DNA from: an uncultured bacterium
GTDB lineage: Bacteria > Omnitrophota > Omnitrophia > Omnitrophales > Abzuiibacteriaceae
Length of the DNA stretch: 64,000 bases
Reading direction: 5' to 3'
Assembly (NCBI GenBank): GCA_964387845.1
Contig: CAYLXA010000002.1
Location: 211,584 to 275,583 of the forward strand
Both the position numbers and the translations under genes were made by a program. Positions 47,639 through 56,293 of this stretch are shown one piece after another. The notes beneath the pieces were generated by a model. That model saw only the letters and a program-made list of their open reading frames with translations, searched no databases and had not been told where the DNA came from. How positions within the stretch are numbered: the first letter of the stretch is position 1; each line of letters opens with the position of its first letter.

Positions 47639-48049
47639 TCATTCTTGATGTTCCATAGCGCCGGGTTCTTCAAGTTCCGCCGCTCGCATCCGATGCCATT
47701 GGGAAAATGCGAGGAGCCGCTCGCGTAAACCTTGAGCAGCTGCTAAGATGGCATCGCAATGCTCTTCAAACTTCTGAATCTTAATCTCTGAAAACAGCTC
47801 CGGCCGCTGCGGATTCGCTGCGTATTCATTCTGGTAATCTTTTTTCATTTGCTGGTGTTCTGTGATTAATTTGTCTTGCTCGGCAATTTTCTCTTCATAA
47901 TCTTGAGCAAGCTTTGAATGATAGGAAATCGCTTCTGCTATGGCCGATTTTGAATTTTGATCCGAATCACTTTCAGCTGATGCGAAACCAATTACTGCCA
48001 TTCCAAAAAGCATGATTCCAATGAATGATACTTGAAATTTAACGTTCAT
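47639..48049 (-). CDS. periplasmic protein, paralog family C
   Basis: AISYHSKLAQDYEEKIAEQD...MKKDY...EEHCDAILAAAQGL...WHRMRAAEL marks it as a paralog of 36889-37248. Confidence 0.45.
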   Translation of the reverse strand: MNVKFQVSFIGIMLFGMAVIGFASAESDSDQNSKSAIAEAISYHSKLAQDYEEKIAEQDKLITEHQQMKKDYQNEYAANPQRPELFSEIKIQKFEEHCDAILAAAQGLRERLLAFSQWHRMRAAELEEPGAMEHQE

Positions 48050-48137
48050 TTATCATTTCTCCTACTTGATAGGAAAGTAACGCTAGAGGCCGGAGTGGAC
48101 GGTTGATCCACTCCGGCTCTGGCTGTTTTCCGCTCAA

Positions 48138-48494
48138 TTAGTGCTTATGGCCTGACATACCGTGTATGTCGTGACCTGCGCCTTGAGTTTCTTCTTTTAT
48201 TTCCTCTTTTGTTTCTTGAATCACTTCTTCCCTTGCCGCAAACTTTTCGAGATTCATCCCGCATTTCGGGCATTTCCCTGGTTGATCTTGCTTGACCTCG
48301 GGATGCATCGGACAGGTGTAAACCATCTTTTCTCCCATGGTTCCGTCATGTTCGTGTGACTTTTCATCGCCGCTGTGTTGATGCGTGGCTTCCTCTTTTC
48401 CTTGATGCGAATCATGCATCTCATGCTGCGCCCACACGTTACCTCCAAAACCCAAAACAACCGCTAAAAGCAGCATACAAAATCTGATTTTCAT
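48138..48494 (-). CDS. His-rich periplasmic protein with CPMHP-type heavy-metal-binding module
   Basis: A signal peptide is followed by an H/E-rich stretch, then YTCPMHPEVKQDQPGKCPKCGMNL, then a C-terminal GHDIHGMSGHKH. Confidence 0.6.
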   Translation of the reverse strand: MKIRFCMLLLAVVLGFGGNVWAQHEMHDSHQGKEEATHQHSGDEKSHEHDGTMGEKMVYTCPMHPEVKQDQPGKCPKCGMNLEKFAAREEVIQETKEEIKEETQGAGHDIHGMSGHKH

Positions 48495-48520
48495 TTTTTC
48501 TCCTTTTGACGTTGAAATTG

Positions 48521-48949
48521 TTAAACTTTTCGTGTTTTTAAGTAGCGTTTGTAGTTTTCTTTTGATTCAAAATAAAGCACCTCCTGTTTTGCTGAATTTG
48601 GTTTTTTGACAATGAAAGCGCTTGCCTTATCCACTTCAACACCTGAATAAGGATCGCGCGCGTAACGAACTGATCTGTTATTTTGAATAGACCCCACACA
48701 GCCTTGGCAGCAACCATAATAAGTTTTGCCTTCAGCCACGACCGGAATTTGTTCTGTCCCAAAGTATTTGTTATTGACCATGCAAACAAGGTTATTTTTC
48801 AGTTGTGCTTTGCCTACATCCAGCATATTCTGTGATAAAGCTGACCATGCAAAAACGCCAATCCCAGTGATCGTAAGAAAGATGACCGTAAAACCAACTG
48901 GCCTGAAAATCCTTTTTTTAATTGCCCCGAACAGGTCGCGACTTTCCAT
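48521..48949 (-). CDS. membrane-anchored YHS-like Cys-rich protein
   Basis: A TM anchor is followed by LVCMVNNKYFGTEQIPVVAEGKTYYGCCQGC. Confidence 0.45.
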   Translation of the reverse strand: MESRDLFGAIKKRIFRPVGFTVIFLTITGIGVFAWSALSQNMLDVGKAQLKNNLVCMVNNKYFGTEQIPVVAEGKTYYGCCQGCVGSIQNNRSVRYARDPYSGVEVDKASAFIVKKPNSAKQEVLYFESKENYKRYLKTRKV

Positions 48950-48975
48950 TTGAAATTTCCTCCTCCATGCATCAG

Positions 48976-49089
48976 TTACATGTTTGCGTGTTCTGCGGGA
49001 GACATGTTATGGCCTGTAGAACTGCTTTGACATCCTGCCACAGTCGCAATCATGAGCGTGATTAAAAAGATCGATAGTAATGTTTTCAT
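48976..49089 (-). CDS. 37-aa lipoprotein with His/Met-rich tail (not in ORF track)
   Basis: A GGAGGAGAG Shine-Dalgarno is followed by ATG and the sequence MKTLLSIFLITLMIATVAGCQSSSTGHNMSPAEHANM. The lipobox is VAGC, and the gene lies immediately upstream of the multicopper oxidase. Confidence 0.4.
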   Translation of the reverse strand: MKTLLSIFLITLMIATVAGCQSSSTGHNMSPAEHANM

Positions 49090-49103
49090 TTTCTCTCCTC
49101 CAA

Positions 49104-50543
49104 TTACATTTTCATGTTTTTGTGATCTTCTGGTTGATCAGAAGACATTGCATTTGCTGCCGAGTCTTTCGGCAACGATTCCGCCTGAAGAGTCATTCCG
49201 CAAATTGAGCAAGAGCCCGGGGTTTTCTGATGCACTTCTGGATGCATCGGACAGGTGTAGATTTGGTTCTCCGACTCAAAAATATTCACATCCCCAGGAA
49301 CTCTTTCCGACACGGTTCCGGACGGATTTTTGTACCATCCAAAATCGCCAGGCAGCTTTACTTGTTTTGTGTATGCTTCAGCTGTCTTAAAATCGGGGAT
49401 ATCTTCATGGACTTTCAGGACTGTGAACATGCCACCCATTCCAATCGCCCCAAAAGGCCCATCTCCTGCCATCATGGGAAGCGTATTTTCAGGACCTTTC
49501 ATGTGTTTGACGTGTTCGAGATGCTCATACATCCCTTTTTCACCCATCGCCATGTAACCAGGAACGAGGGCTTTAATTTTTTCTTCAACGCCTTTTTGGT
49601 CAACTCCAAGCACATTCGGAATATCATGTCCCATCGCATTCATGGGGTGATGCCGAAGGTGACAATGAAGCGCCCAGTCCCCGGGGATCGCGATGAATTC
49701 ATAATCGCGGGTTTGACCGGGGCCAATAGCCACAGTGGTTTCAGGCCACTGGGCAGATTCTGGGATATCTCCTCCGTCAGTAGCGACCGTTTTAAACGTG
49801 TGGCCATGCATGTGGATGGCATGAAAATCCTGTCCCACATGTCCAATGCGAACGCGCACCCGTTCACCGGGTCTGGCGAGAAGCGGAGCCGTGCCGGGAA
49901 ATGCGCGGCTGTTAAACGTAAAGATATTGAAATCCGTCATGACGTTGGGATCCGGACGAGAAGTTCCGGGTGCAACAAACCATTCATTGAGGAAGATCGC
50001 GTAGTCTCTGTCGATTTTTGGGCTTCTTGTTCTGGGATGAATGATGAAAAAGCCCATTGTCCCAAGACCGATTTGCACCATCTCATCACCGTGAGAGTGG
50101 TACATCTGGGTGCCGTGTTGAACGAGCGTAAATTCGTAGGCAAATGTCTCGCCCGGCATGATGGGTTTTTGTGTCAATCCCTGAACACCATCCATGCCGC
50201 TCGGAAGAATAACGCCGTGCCAGTGAACGGCTGTAGGTTCAGGCAATTTGTTGGTCACAAGAATCCGGACTTTATCACCTTCAACTGCTTCGATCGTGGG
50301 CCCCGGGGTTTGTCCGTTATAGCCCCATGCTTTGATCTTCATACCAGGAGCCATCTCCCATTCAATTTCCTCTACCGTGAGGTGGAATTCCTTCACACCG
50401 TCCACCATTTTCCAAGGAAGGGTTGAACCATTCAGTGTAACGACAGGCGTGTAAGGTAATTCTTCTGCGCTAGCCAATTTGCTGAATGCAAATCCTACAA
50501 TAACAATCACAAATATGTGTTTAATGATCTCGTTTACTTTCAT
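49104..50543 (-). CDS. multicopper oxidase with a C-terminal CPMHP-type metal-binding module
   Basis: Copper-site motifs are present (HWHG, HCHLRHHPMNAMG). The C-terminus reads IYTCPMHPEVHQKTPGSCSICGMTL. Confidence 0.85.
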   Translation of the reverse strand: MKVNEIIKHIFVIVIVGFAFSKLASAEELPYTPVVTLNGSTLPWKMVDGVKEFHLTVEEIEWEMAPGMKIKAWGYNGQTPGPTIEAVEGDKVRILVTNKLPEPTAVHWHGVILPSGMDGVQGLTQKPIMPGETFAYEFTLVQHGTQMYHSHGDEMVQIGLGTMGFFIIHPRTRSPKIDRDYAIFLNEWFVAPGTSRPDPNVMTDFNIFTFNSRAFPGTAPLLARPGERVRVRIGHVGQDFHAIHMHGHTFKTVATDGGDIPESAQWPETTVAIGPGQTRDYEFIAIPGDWALHCHLRHHPMNAMGHDIPNVLGVDQKGVEEKIKALVPGYMAMGEKGMYEHLEHVKHMKGPENTLPMMAGDGPFGAIGMGGMFTVLKVHEDIPDFKTAEAYTKQVKLPGDFGWYKNPSGTVSERVPGDVNIFESENQIYTCPMHPEVHQKTPGSCSICGMTLQAESLPKDSAANAMSSDQPEDHKNMKM

Positions 50544-50544
50544 T

Positions 50545-51975
50545 TTAGCGATGACCTCCATGATGCGTTTCTTTGACAGGTTCAGATGGCGGGGTGGAAA
50601 GAATCTCTTCAGGTTTACTTATTTCGTCTCCCGGAAGTCTCCCACCAACAGCGCGCTCAAGCTCCGTATGCGCAATCCAATAATTCTTCAAAGCTTCGAT
50701 GTATGCTCGCTCAGCTTCAATTTCATCTTTCTTACTTTCAAGAAGCCGAAAGACTCCTTGAAGCATGAAGTTATAGTGTAGCTGAAACGCTTCGACGAGC
50801 TCTTGTCTAATCGGAATGGTTTGATCGCGGTAGCGCTCCGCAATTTGCCGGTAGGCAAACATTTTTTCACGTGTCTTTCTAACGTCGGAAAGAACGTCAA
50901 CCTCAAAAGCGGATGCTTTAAACTCGCCTAGACGTAATTCGGATTTCGCACGGGAGCTGGCTGCTTGCTGCCAATCAAAAAGAGGAATGGGAAACCACCA
51001 CATGGGGCCGGCCACTCTGTCCCCATCCGGTTCTCGTTCGGTATTAAATCCAATTTCACCCTCGGGGATAATTCCAAGTCTTGTTGCGAGAAGTGCTCTT
51101 CTTAAGACTTCGATTTCTTGACGAACCGCTGCGTAATCGAGCCTTTCTTTTAGCGCAAGCTCTTCAAGATCTTCAAGCGGCGGATCGGATTTTGGAAGTT
51201 CAGGAAGGACGCGGGTCACTTGCCACACTCCGGCCAAATTCCCGCGCAAACCTAAGAGTCGATTGAGTGGCTCGCGTGCAACTTTCGCCTCATATTCACT
51301 TTGCATGAGTTCAATCATTGCTTGTTCGTGAAAGGATTTTTGAATTCCAATTTCAATGGTATTGATATTTCCGGCGGCAAATAAGCGCTCTGCCATTTCT
51401 CTGGCTGCGTCAGATGCTTCCGTGATCGACTTTCTTAAAAGTTTCACTCGCTCCGCCGCAAGTAATTCATAGTAAGCCGTCTTGATTTCAGCGACGACAC
51501 TAATCACTGCATCGCTTGTTCTAAGCTTTGCTTCTTCAAATTCGGCGGCGGCAACACGCCTGCGAACTGGCATCAGAATCACGCTCATGACGTCTTGGAC
51601 AAAGGCAAGTTCAACATTGGTTTTGCCGTCTCCTTCAGGTGCTCTTGCGTGACCTTCAAACCTTGGATTCTTAAAAAGCGTGGCTTGAAGAAGATCAGCT
51701 TTTACTATTCCAAGTTCCTGATACACACCCTGAAGCGTCGGGTTATGCATGAGCCCGATTCTCAAGGCAGAATCGAGCGTTAATTCTTCTTGAAGCATAG
51801 GCTCAATGGCTTTCTTAATTTCAATGTCTTCCGGTTGATTGGATTGAGTAAGCGAAAATCCGGTTTTGGGATTGGTTGCTTTCTCAATGTGATTGAGATC
51901 GTTTTTGCCAAAAGAAGCGCATCCGGCTAAAAAGAATGTTGTAAAAAAAAGTAAGGAAATAGTTTTTGCTCTCAT
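50545..51975 (-). CDS. NodT-family outer-membrane efflux lipoprotein
   Basis: It has the lipobox FLAGC and two OEP repeats, over 476 aa. Confidence 0.8.
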   Translation of the reverse strand: MRAKTISLLFFTTFFLAGCASFGKNDLNHIEKATNPKTGFSLTQSNQPEDIEIKKAIEPMLQEELTLDSALRIGLMHNPTLQGVYQELGIVKADLLQATLFKNPRFEGHARAPEGDGKTNVELAFVQDVMSVILMPVRRRVAAAEFEEAKLRTSDAVISVVAEIKTAYYELLAAERVKLLRKSITEASDAAREMAERLFAAGNINTIEIGIQKSFHEQAMIELMQSEYEAKVAREPLNRLLGLRGNLAGVWQVTRVLPELPKSDPPLEDLEELALKERLDYAAVRQEIEVLRRALLATRLGIIPEGEIGFNTEREPDGDRVAGPMWWFPIPLFDWQQAASSRAKSELRLGEFKASAFEVDVLSDVRKTREKMFAYRQIAERYRDQTIPIRQELVEAFQLHYNFMLQGVFRLLESKKDEIEAERAYIEALKNYWIAHTELERAVGGRLPGDEISKPEEILSTPPSEPVKETHHGGHR

Positions 51976-52054
51976 AAATTTTTTAGTGTTGAAATAATAA
52001 CCGAAAAAAGTTTAAGACAGACTGATTGCGTTCAGGATTGCGGAAAAGTGAGGA

Positions 52055-52495
52055 TCAAATCCGTAAGACGGAAATGCTGATGAAAAGAGGAATGGGAGAA
52101 AAACGAGAACCCGGAGGACCGGTTCCGCTAAGCGTTGGTAGTTTTGTGTGAGGTGAAGAAATGTTAATTACAAAAGTCGCATCTTGCAAAAACTTGCTTG
52201 TGACTTTTTCGGACGAACTGAGCGAAGATAGATATTGAAGAGAGTTTTGATTGACTAAATTGCAAATAATTTGAGGATGGGAGCATTTTTCATGACTGTG
52301 CGGCGTTCCTGATTCATTTCCATGCCGGTGACAATCGTCATCTTGCCCGCCATTTCTTGCGGTGCCATGTTCATGGGAATCGGTTTGAGCAATCGCGTTG
52401 CAGCAACAGAACGAAACTGCGATCGGGGTAATGAAGGAAAGTAAAATCACTACCACAAAAACCTTTTGCGACAGATTCCGTTTCATCCGATTCAT
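52055..52495 (-). CDS. secreted His/Cys-rich protein, hypothetical
   Basis: A signal peptide is followed by CCCNAIAQTDSHEHG...DDDCHRHGNESGTPHSHEKCSHP. Confidence 0.35.
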   Translation of the reverse strand: MNRMKRNLSQKVFVVVILLSFITPIAVSFCCCNAIAQTDSHEHGTARNGGQDDDCHRHGNESGTPHSHEKCSHPQIICNLVNQNSLQYLSSLSSSEKVTSKFLQDATFVINISSPHTKLPTLSGTGPPGSRFSPIPLFISISVLRI

Positions 52496-52571
52496 GGCGT
52501 TAATTTACTCCTTGATACTTGAAAAAGCAAGTGATTTTCACATCCGAAACACTTTCGATTTAAAAAGCGCA

Positions 52572-52904
52572 TTACGCACCAATCACAAAGCGATGGATCA
52601 AGTAGCTAAGCGCGAGGCATCCCAATCCGAGAATCAGCGAAACTCCAAAATTAAGGTGCCACCACCGGTTTAAGAAAAAAGGCAGGAAGAAAGCAAGTGA
52701 TAAAGGAACAGCAGCCACAATTGAAATCGCAAGCTGGTTGATCTTTTCCATATCACGAAATTCAGCGTATGTCCAAATAATTGTCAGAATCGAAACCAGA
52801 GGGACGGCCACCAAAAAACCAGCCAAACGCGGATTGCGCCCGGTAAGCCATGAGGCAAACGCGATCACAAAAGCGGAAATCAAGATTTTCAGAAAGAACA
52901 ACAT
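52572..52904 (-). CDS. small 4-TM membrane protein, hypothetical
   Basis: The 110-aa ORF is uniformly hydrophobic. Confidence 0.35.
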   Translation of the reverse strand: MLFFLKILISAFVIAFASWLTGRNPRLAGFLVAVPLVSILTIIWTYAEFRDMEKINQLAISIVAAVPLSLAFFLPFFLNRWWHLNFGVSLILGLGCLALSYLIHRFVIGA

Positions 52905-52940
52905 TAATCAATCTCCTTTCCCCAGAATAAGAATTGTTTT

Positions 52941-54833
52941 TTATCGCAACAGCCGTAAACCGTTTACTACTGCCAAAATTTCAGAGGATTCATGGATAAA
53001 GACAGCAAGAGCAACAGTCATTACTCCCATTAAAGCTGATGGAACAAGAACCGCAAGAAGCGCTAAAGAGAAAACAATATTTTGAAAGCTTATTTTTCGC
53101 GCTTTTTTTCCGAGTCTGATTGCAAAAGTAAGTTTTTCCAAATCGTCGGCCATGAGGGCTACGTCAGCCGCTTCAATGGCAGCATCCGTTCCCGCGGTTC
53201 CCATCGCTATACCAACTGTTGCTTTTGCCAAAGCGGGAGCGTCATTAACGCCATCTCCAACCATCGCCACGTTCACGTACGCTTCTTTAAGCTCTTCAAT
53301 GGCTTTGATTTTATCTTCCGGTTTTAAATCGGCTTTGACTTCATCGATTCGGAGCTCATCGGCAATAGCTTTTGCGGTAAGCTGATTATCCCCCGTCAGC
53401 ATAGCTATTTTGATTCCCATTTCTCTTAGCTCATTGACCGCTTTTTTCGATTCGAGTCGTATCTGATCACGAATCGCAATAAGACCGACAAGATTTTCTT
53501 TCATTCCGACAAGAATGACCGTATTTCCTTGATTTCTTAATCTTTGAATGTCGGCAATTTCTGCAACGTCAATTCCTAATTCCTTAAAGAGTTCTACTTT
53601 ACCAATATAAACCGTTCGGCCTTGAACATTTGCTTTTACGCCTGAACCCACAAGAGCACTAAAATCACTTGCTTCAAGATAAGTCACTTTCGATTCAATT
53701 GCTTTTTGAACGATGGCTTCCGCCAATGGATGCTCTGAAAATCGCTCAATACTATAAGCAAGTTCAAGCACTCTTTTTTCAGACGTTCTAAAAGACACGA
53801 TTTCCGTTACCTCAGGTTTTCCTTTGGTAAGCGTTCCAGTTTTGTCGAAAGCAATGGCTTTGACTTTGCCTAAATTCTCAAGGTGCATACCACCCTTGAT
53901 TAAAACACCGGATTTCCCCGCTTTTCCGATTCCAGCTGCAATGGCAACTGGTGTGGACATAATGAGCGCACATGGAGCAGCAGCAACCAGTAGAACAACG
54001 GCTCGAACAGCCCATGAAGCGAAGGGCAATCCGAATAGAAACGGAACAATTAATAAAACGAGCGATGCCACAAGTACTAAAGGCGTGTAGAACTTGCCAA
54101 AGCGGTCAATGAAAAGTTGCGCTTTTCCTTTTTGTTCCTGAGCTTCCTCAACTAAATGAACAATTTTAGAAAGCGTATTGTTTTCAAAAGTCGCCGTTAC
54201 TTTAATTTCAAGCACACCTGTTTGATTCATCGTTGCCGCAAAAACTTTCATTCCTTCTTTTTTTTCAACCGGCATGGATTCACCTGTAACGGCTGCTTCA
54301 TTGAGGCTTGAGCTGCCTCTGACGATGAGGCCATCGGTTGGAAGAGATTCCCCCGGACGGACGATAAAAATGTCATCTAATTTTAAGTCTTGGGCGGAGA
54401 TAATTGTTTCTTCGCCATTTCTTAAAACGCGGGCTTCTTTGGGAGCTAAATCAAGAAGCTTACGAATCGAAGCTCTCGTCTTGGCAAACGTATATTCTTC
54501 GAGCCCTTCCGCTGCGCCGTAGAGAAAAACGAGAAAAGCGGCTTCATCCCACATGCCCAAAATGACGGAACCGACCGTTGCCGCCATCATCAGGATTTCA
54601 ATCCCGATTTCTCGTTCTTTGATTAATTCTTCAAGGCCTTCGCGAATCCAATGATAACCGCCGATAAAGATCGCGGCAATGTAAAGGAGGATTTCAATAA
54701 GAGGTGGCGTGAACCGAAGATGCGCTGAAGCGAAGGATAGAGTCGTCAAGCCACCGGCAATAAGGGCATTTCGCATGACCGGATGCGAATACCATTTTCC
54801 ATCAAATGCTTCTTTATGATCATTGCCCGGCAT
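52941..54833 (-). CDS. heavy-metal translocating P-type ATPase, P1B-4-like (no N-terminal metal-binding domain)
   Basis: DKTGTLT and GDGVNDAPAL are present. The TM metal site reads APC, and an HESSEI motif lies in the last TM. At 630 aa it has no HMA domain. Confidence 0.85.
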   Translation of the reverse strand: MPGNDHKEAFDGKWYSHPVMRNALIAGGLTTLSFASAHLRFTPPLIEILLYIAAIFIGGYHWIREGLEELIKEREIGIEILMMAATVGSVILGMWDEAAFLVFLYGAAEGLEEYTFAKTRASIRKLLDLAPKEARVLRNGEETIISAQDLKLDDIFIVRPGESLPTDGLIVRGSSSLNEAAVTGESMPVEKKEGMKVFAATMNQTGVLEIKVTATFENNTLSKIVHLVEEAQEQKGKAQLFIDRFGKFYTPLVLVASLVLLIVPFLFGLPFASWAVRAVVLLVAAAPCALIMSTPVAIAAGIGKAGKSGVLIKGGMHLENLGKVKAIAFDKTGTLTKGKPEVTEIVSFRTSEKRVLELAYSIERFSEHPLAEAIVQKAIESKVTYLEASDFSALVGSGVKANVQGRTVYIGKVELFKELGIDVAEIADIQRLRNQGNTVILVGMKENLVGLIAIRDQIRLESKKAVNELREMGIKIAMLTGDNQLTAKAIADELRIDEVKADLKPEDKIKAIEELKEAYVNVAMVGDGVNDAPALAKATVGIAMGTAGTDAAIEAADVALMADDLEKLTFAIRLGKKARKISFQNIVFSLALLAVLVPSALMGVMTVALAVFIHESSEILAVVNGLRLLR

Positions 54834-54840
54834 GTGTGCT

Positions 54841-55239
54841 TCATACCCTCATTTTTTTCACCGCTTCATCCATCATATCGAAAAGTAAGTCTTCCACTTC
54901 TTCGGCCACGCGCTTAAGACTAGGTTTGCCAAATTGCTCAATCAATACGGTTGGCCGAATGGTCGCCAGTTTTACTTTGGTGCCTTCTTGATAAACGGAA
55001 ATGCGACATGGTAACGCGGTGGAAATAGCCATATCGCCTTCCAAAACCTTTTTGGCCTGATCGGGATTACACACCTCGTAAATCCGGCATTCGTTGGAGA
55101 AAGAAACTCCTTTTTTCTCTAACGTTTCTTTCAGATTATGAATCGCCAATATTCCAAATTTTCGATTCTTGACGGCTTCTTCCAGGTCTTTACCCACTTG
55201 ATCGATTGTTTTTTGATCTGTTTCAACAATTTTTAACAT
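54841..55239 (-). CDS. DUF302-domain protein
   Basis: The 132-aa ORF has the overall DUF302 pattern and sits between the DsbA-like genes and the ATPase. Confidence 0.5.
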   Translation of the reverse strand: MLKIVETDQKTIDQVGKDLEEAVKNRKFGILAIHNLKETLEKKGVSFSNECRIYEVCNPDQAKKVLEGDMAISTALPCRISVYQEGTKVKLATIRPTVLIEQFGKPSLKRVAEEVEDLLFDMMDEAVKKMRV

Positions 55240-55258
55240 AACGATCCTCCTTCGTAAT

Positions 55259-56293
55259 CTACTCTTTGCCTAGTTTCTGATCTACCATTTGTTTTAACGC
55301 GGGATAGGGCTGAGCGCCCGAAAACAAGGTTCCGTTGATAAAGGTAGTCGGCGTTCCGCGCGCACCAACCGATTGCGCATAAGCTATATCGTCATCGATT
55401 TGTTTGTCAAGCTGTGGGTCTTTCATGCAGGCATCAAACGCGTCCATTTTAAGACCGGCGGTCTCCGCATATTTTCGGATACTGGCATCGTCCAGCGCCT
55501 TCTGATTGGCAAAGAATTGATCCCTCAATTCCCAAAATTTCCCTTGCTTTTGTGCGCAAATTCCGGCGCGTGCCGTGGGTTTTGCATGAGTGTGGAAAGG
55601 AAGTGGATTGTTTCTAAAAACATGTTTCACGTCGTTGGGATATTCTTTGACGAGTTGATCCAAAGTGTCCTTAAACCGTCCGCAAAACGGGCATTCGAAA
55701 TCAGAAAATTCAACGACCGTTACTTTTGCATTCTCCGGGCCGCGAAAAGGAGATCCTGCCACATTGATTTCTACTTTAGGTTCCTCTAAAAATATTTGGA
55801 CGGGGTGTTTTTGCTTGATTTCATCCAGAATTTTGGTTTTTTCTTTGGCTGTTTTTGCCTGGACAAGCATTTGGCGGATTTGTTCTTTTACCTCAGCCAA
55901 AGGCTTCCCCTGAAATTGAGCTTGGTTGGCATCGTAATAGACTTCAATGGCGTCATCACTGACGACAGAAACAGAGGTATTGCTTAGTTCTTTCTTAAAA
56001 TCCTCAACCGATTTCTTTTGGTCTTTAGCTCCCAGTTCGATCAATTTGTTTTGAATCATATCATCCAAACGGCGTTTCTTAATCGTGTAAATTTGAGACG
56101 CCATCGGCATCAAATCATTTTTAGCAGCTTCATCTAATTCAAACATGGTAATTTTTTGCCCATTTATTTCTGCCGCAATCGGTTGCTCGTCTTTCTTGGC
56201 TAACAGATTACTCACGCTTAACACCATGAATAATATTGAGAAATATGTGAACACTATTATTTTTTTCATATCAATTCCTCCGTTTAGTTTCAT
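55259..56293 (-). CDS. DsbA-family thiol:disulfide oxidoreductase with N-terminal extension
   Basis: The thioredoxin-fold CxxC motif reads VVEFSDFECPFCGRF, and a signal/anchor is present. Confidence 0.7.
   Translation of the reverse strand: MKLNGGIDMKKIIVFTYFSILFMVLSVSNLLAKKDEQPIAAEINGQKITMFELDEAAKNDLMPMASQIYTIKKRRLDDMIQNKLIELGAKDQKKSVEDFKKELSNTSVSVVSDDAIEVYYDANQAQFQGKPLAEVKEQIRQMLVQAKTAKEKTKILDEIKQKHPVQIFLEEPKVEINVAGSPFRGPENAKVTVVEFSDFECPFCGRFKDTLDQLVKEYPNDVKHVFRNNPLPFHTHAKPTARAGICAQKQGKFWELRDQFFANQKALDDASIRKYAETAGLKMDAFDACMKDPQLDKQIDDDIAYAQSVGARGTPTTFINGTLFSGAQPYPALKQMVDQKLGKE

Noticed and set aside
49230-50426. 398-aa plus-strand ORF
   Set aside because: It lies entirely antisense to the multicopper oxidase gene, and its translation is low-complexity with no motifs. 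It is an antisense artefact, as are most other plus-strand ORFs in the track (for example 20322-20942, 6057-6521, 13751-14221).
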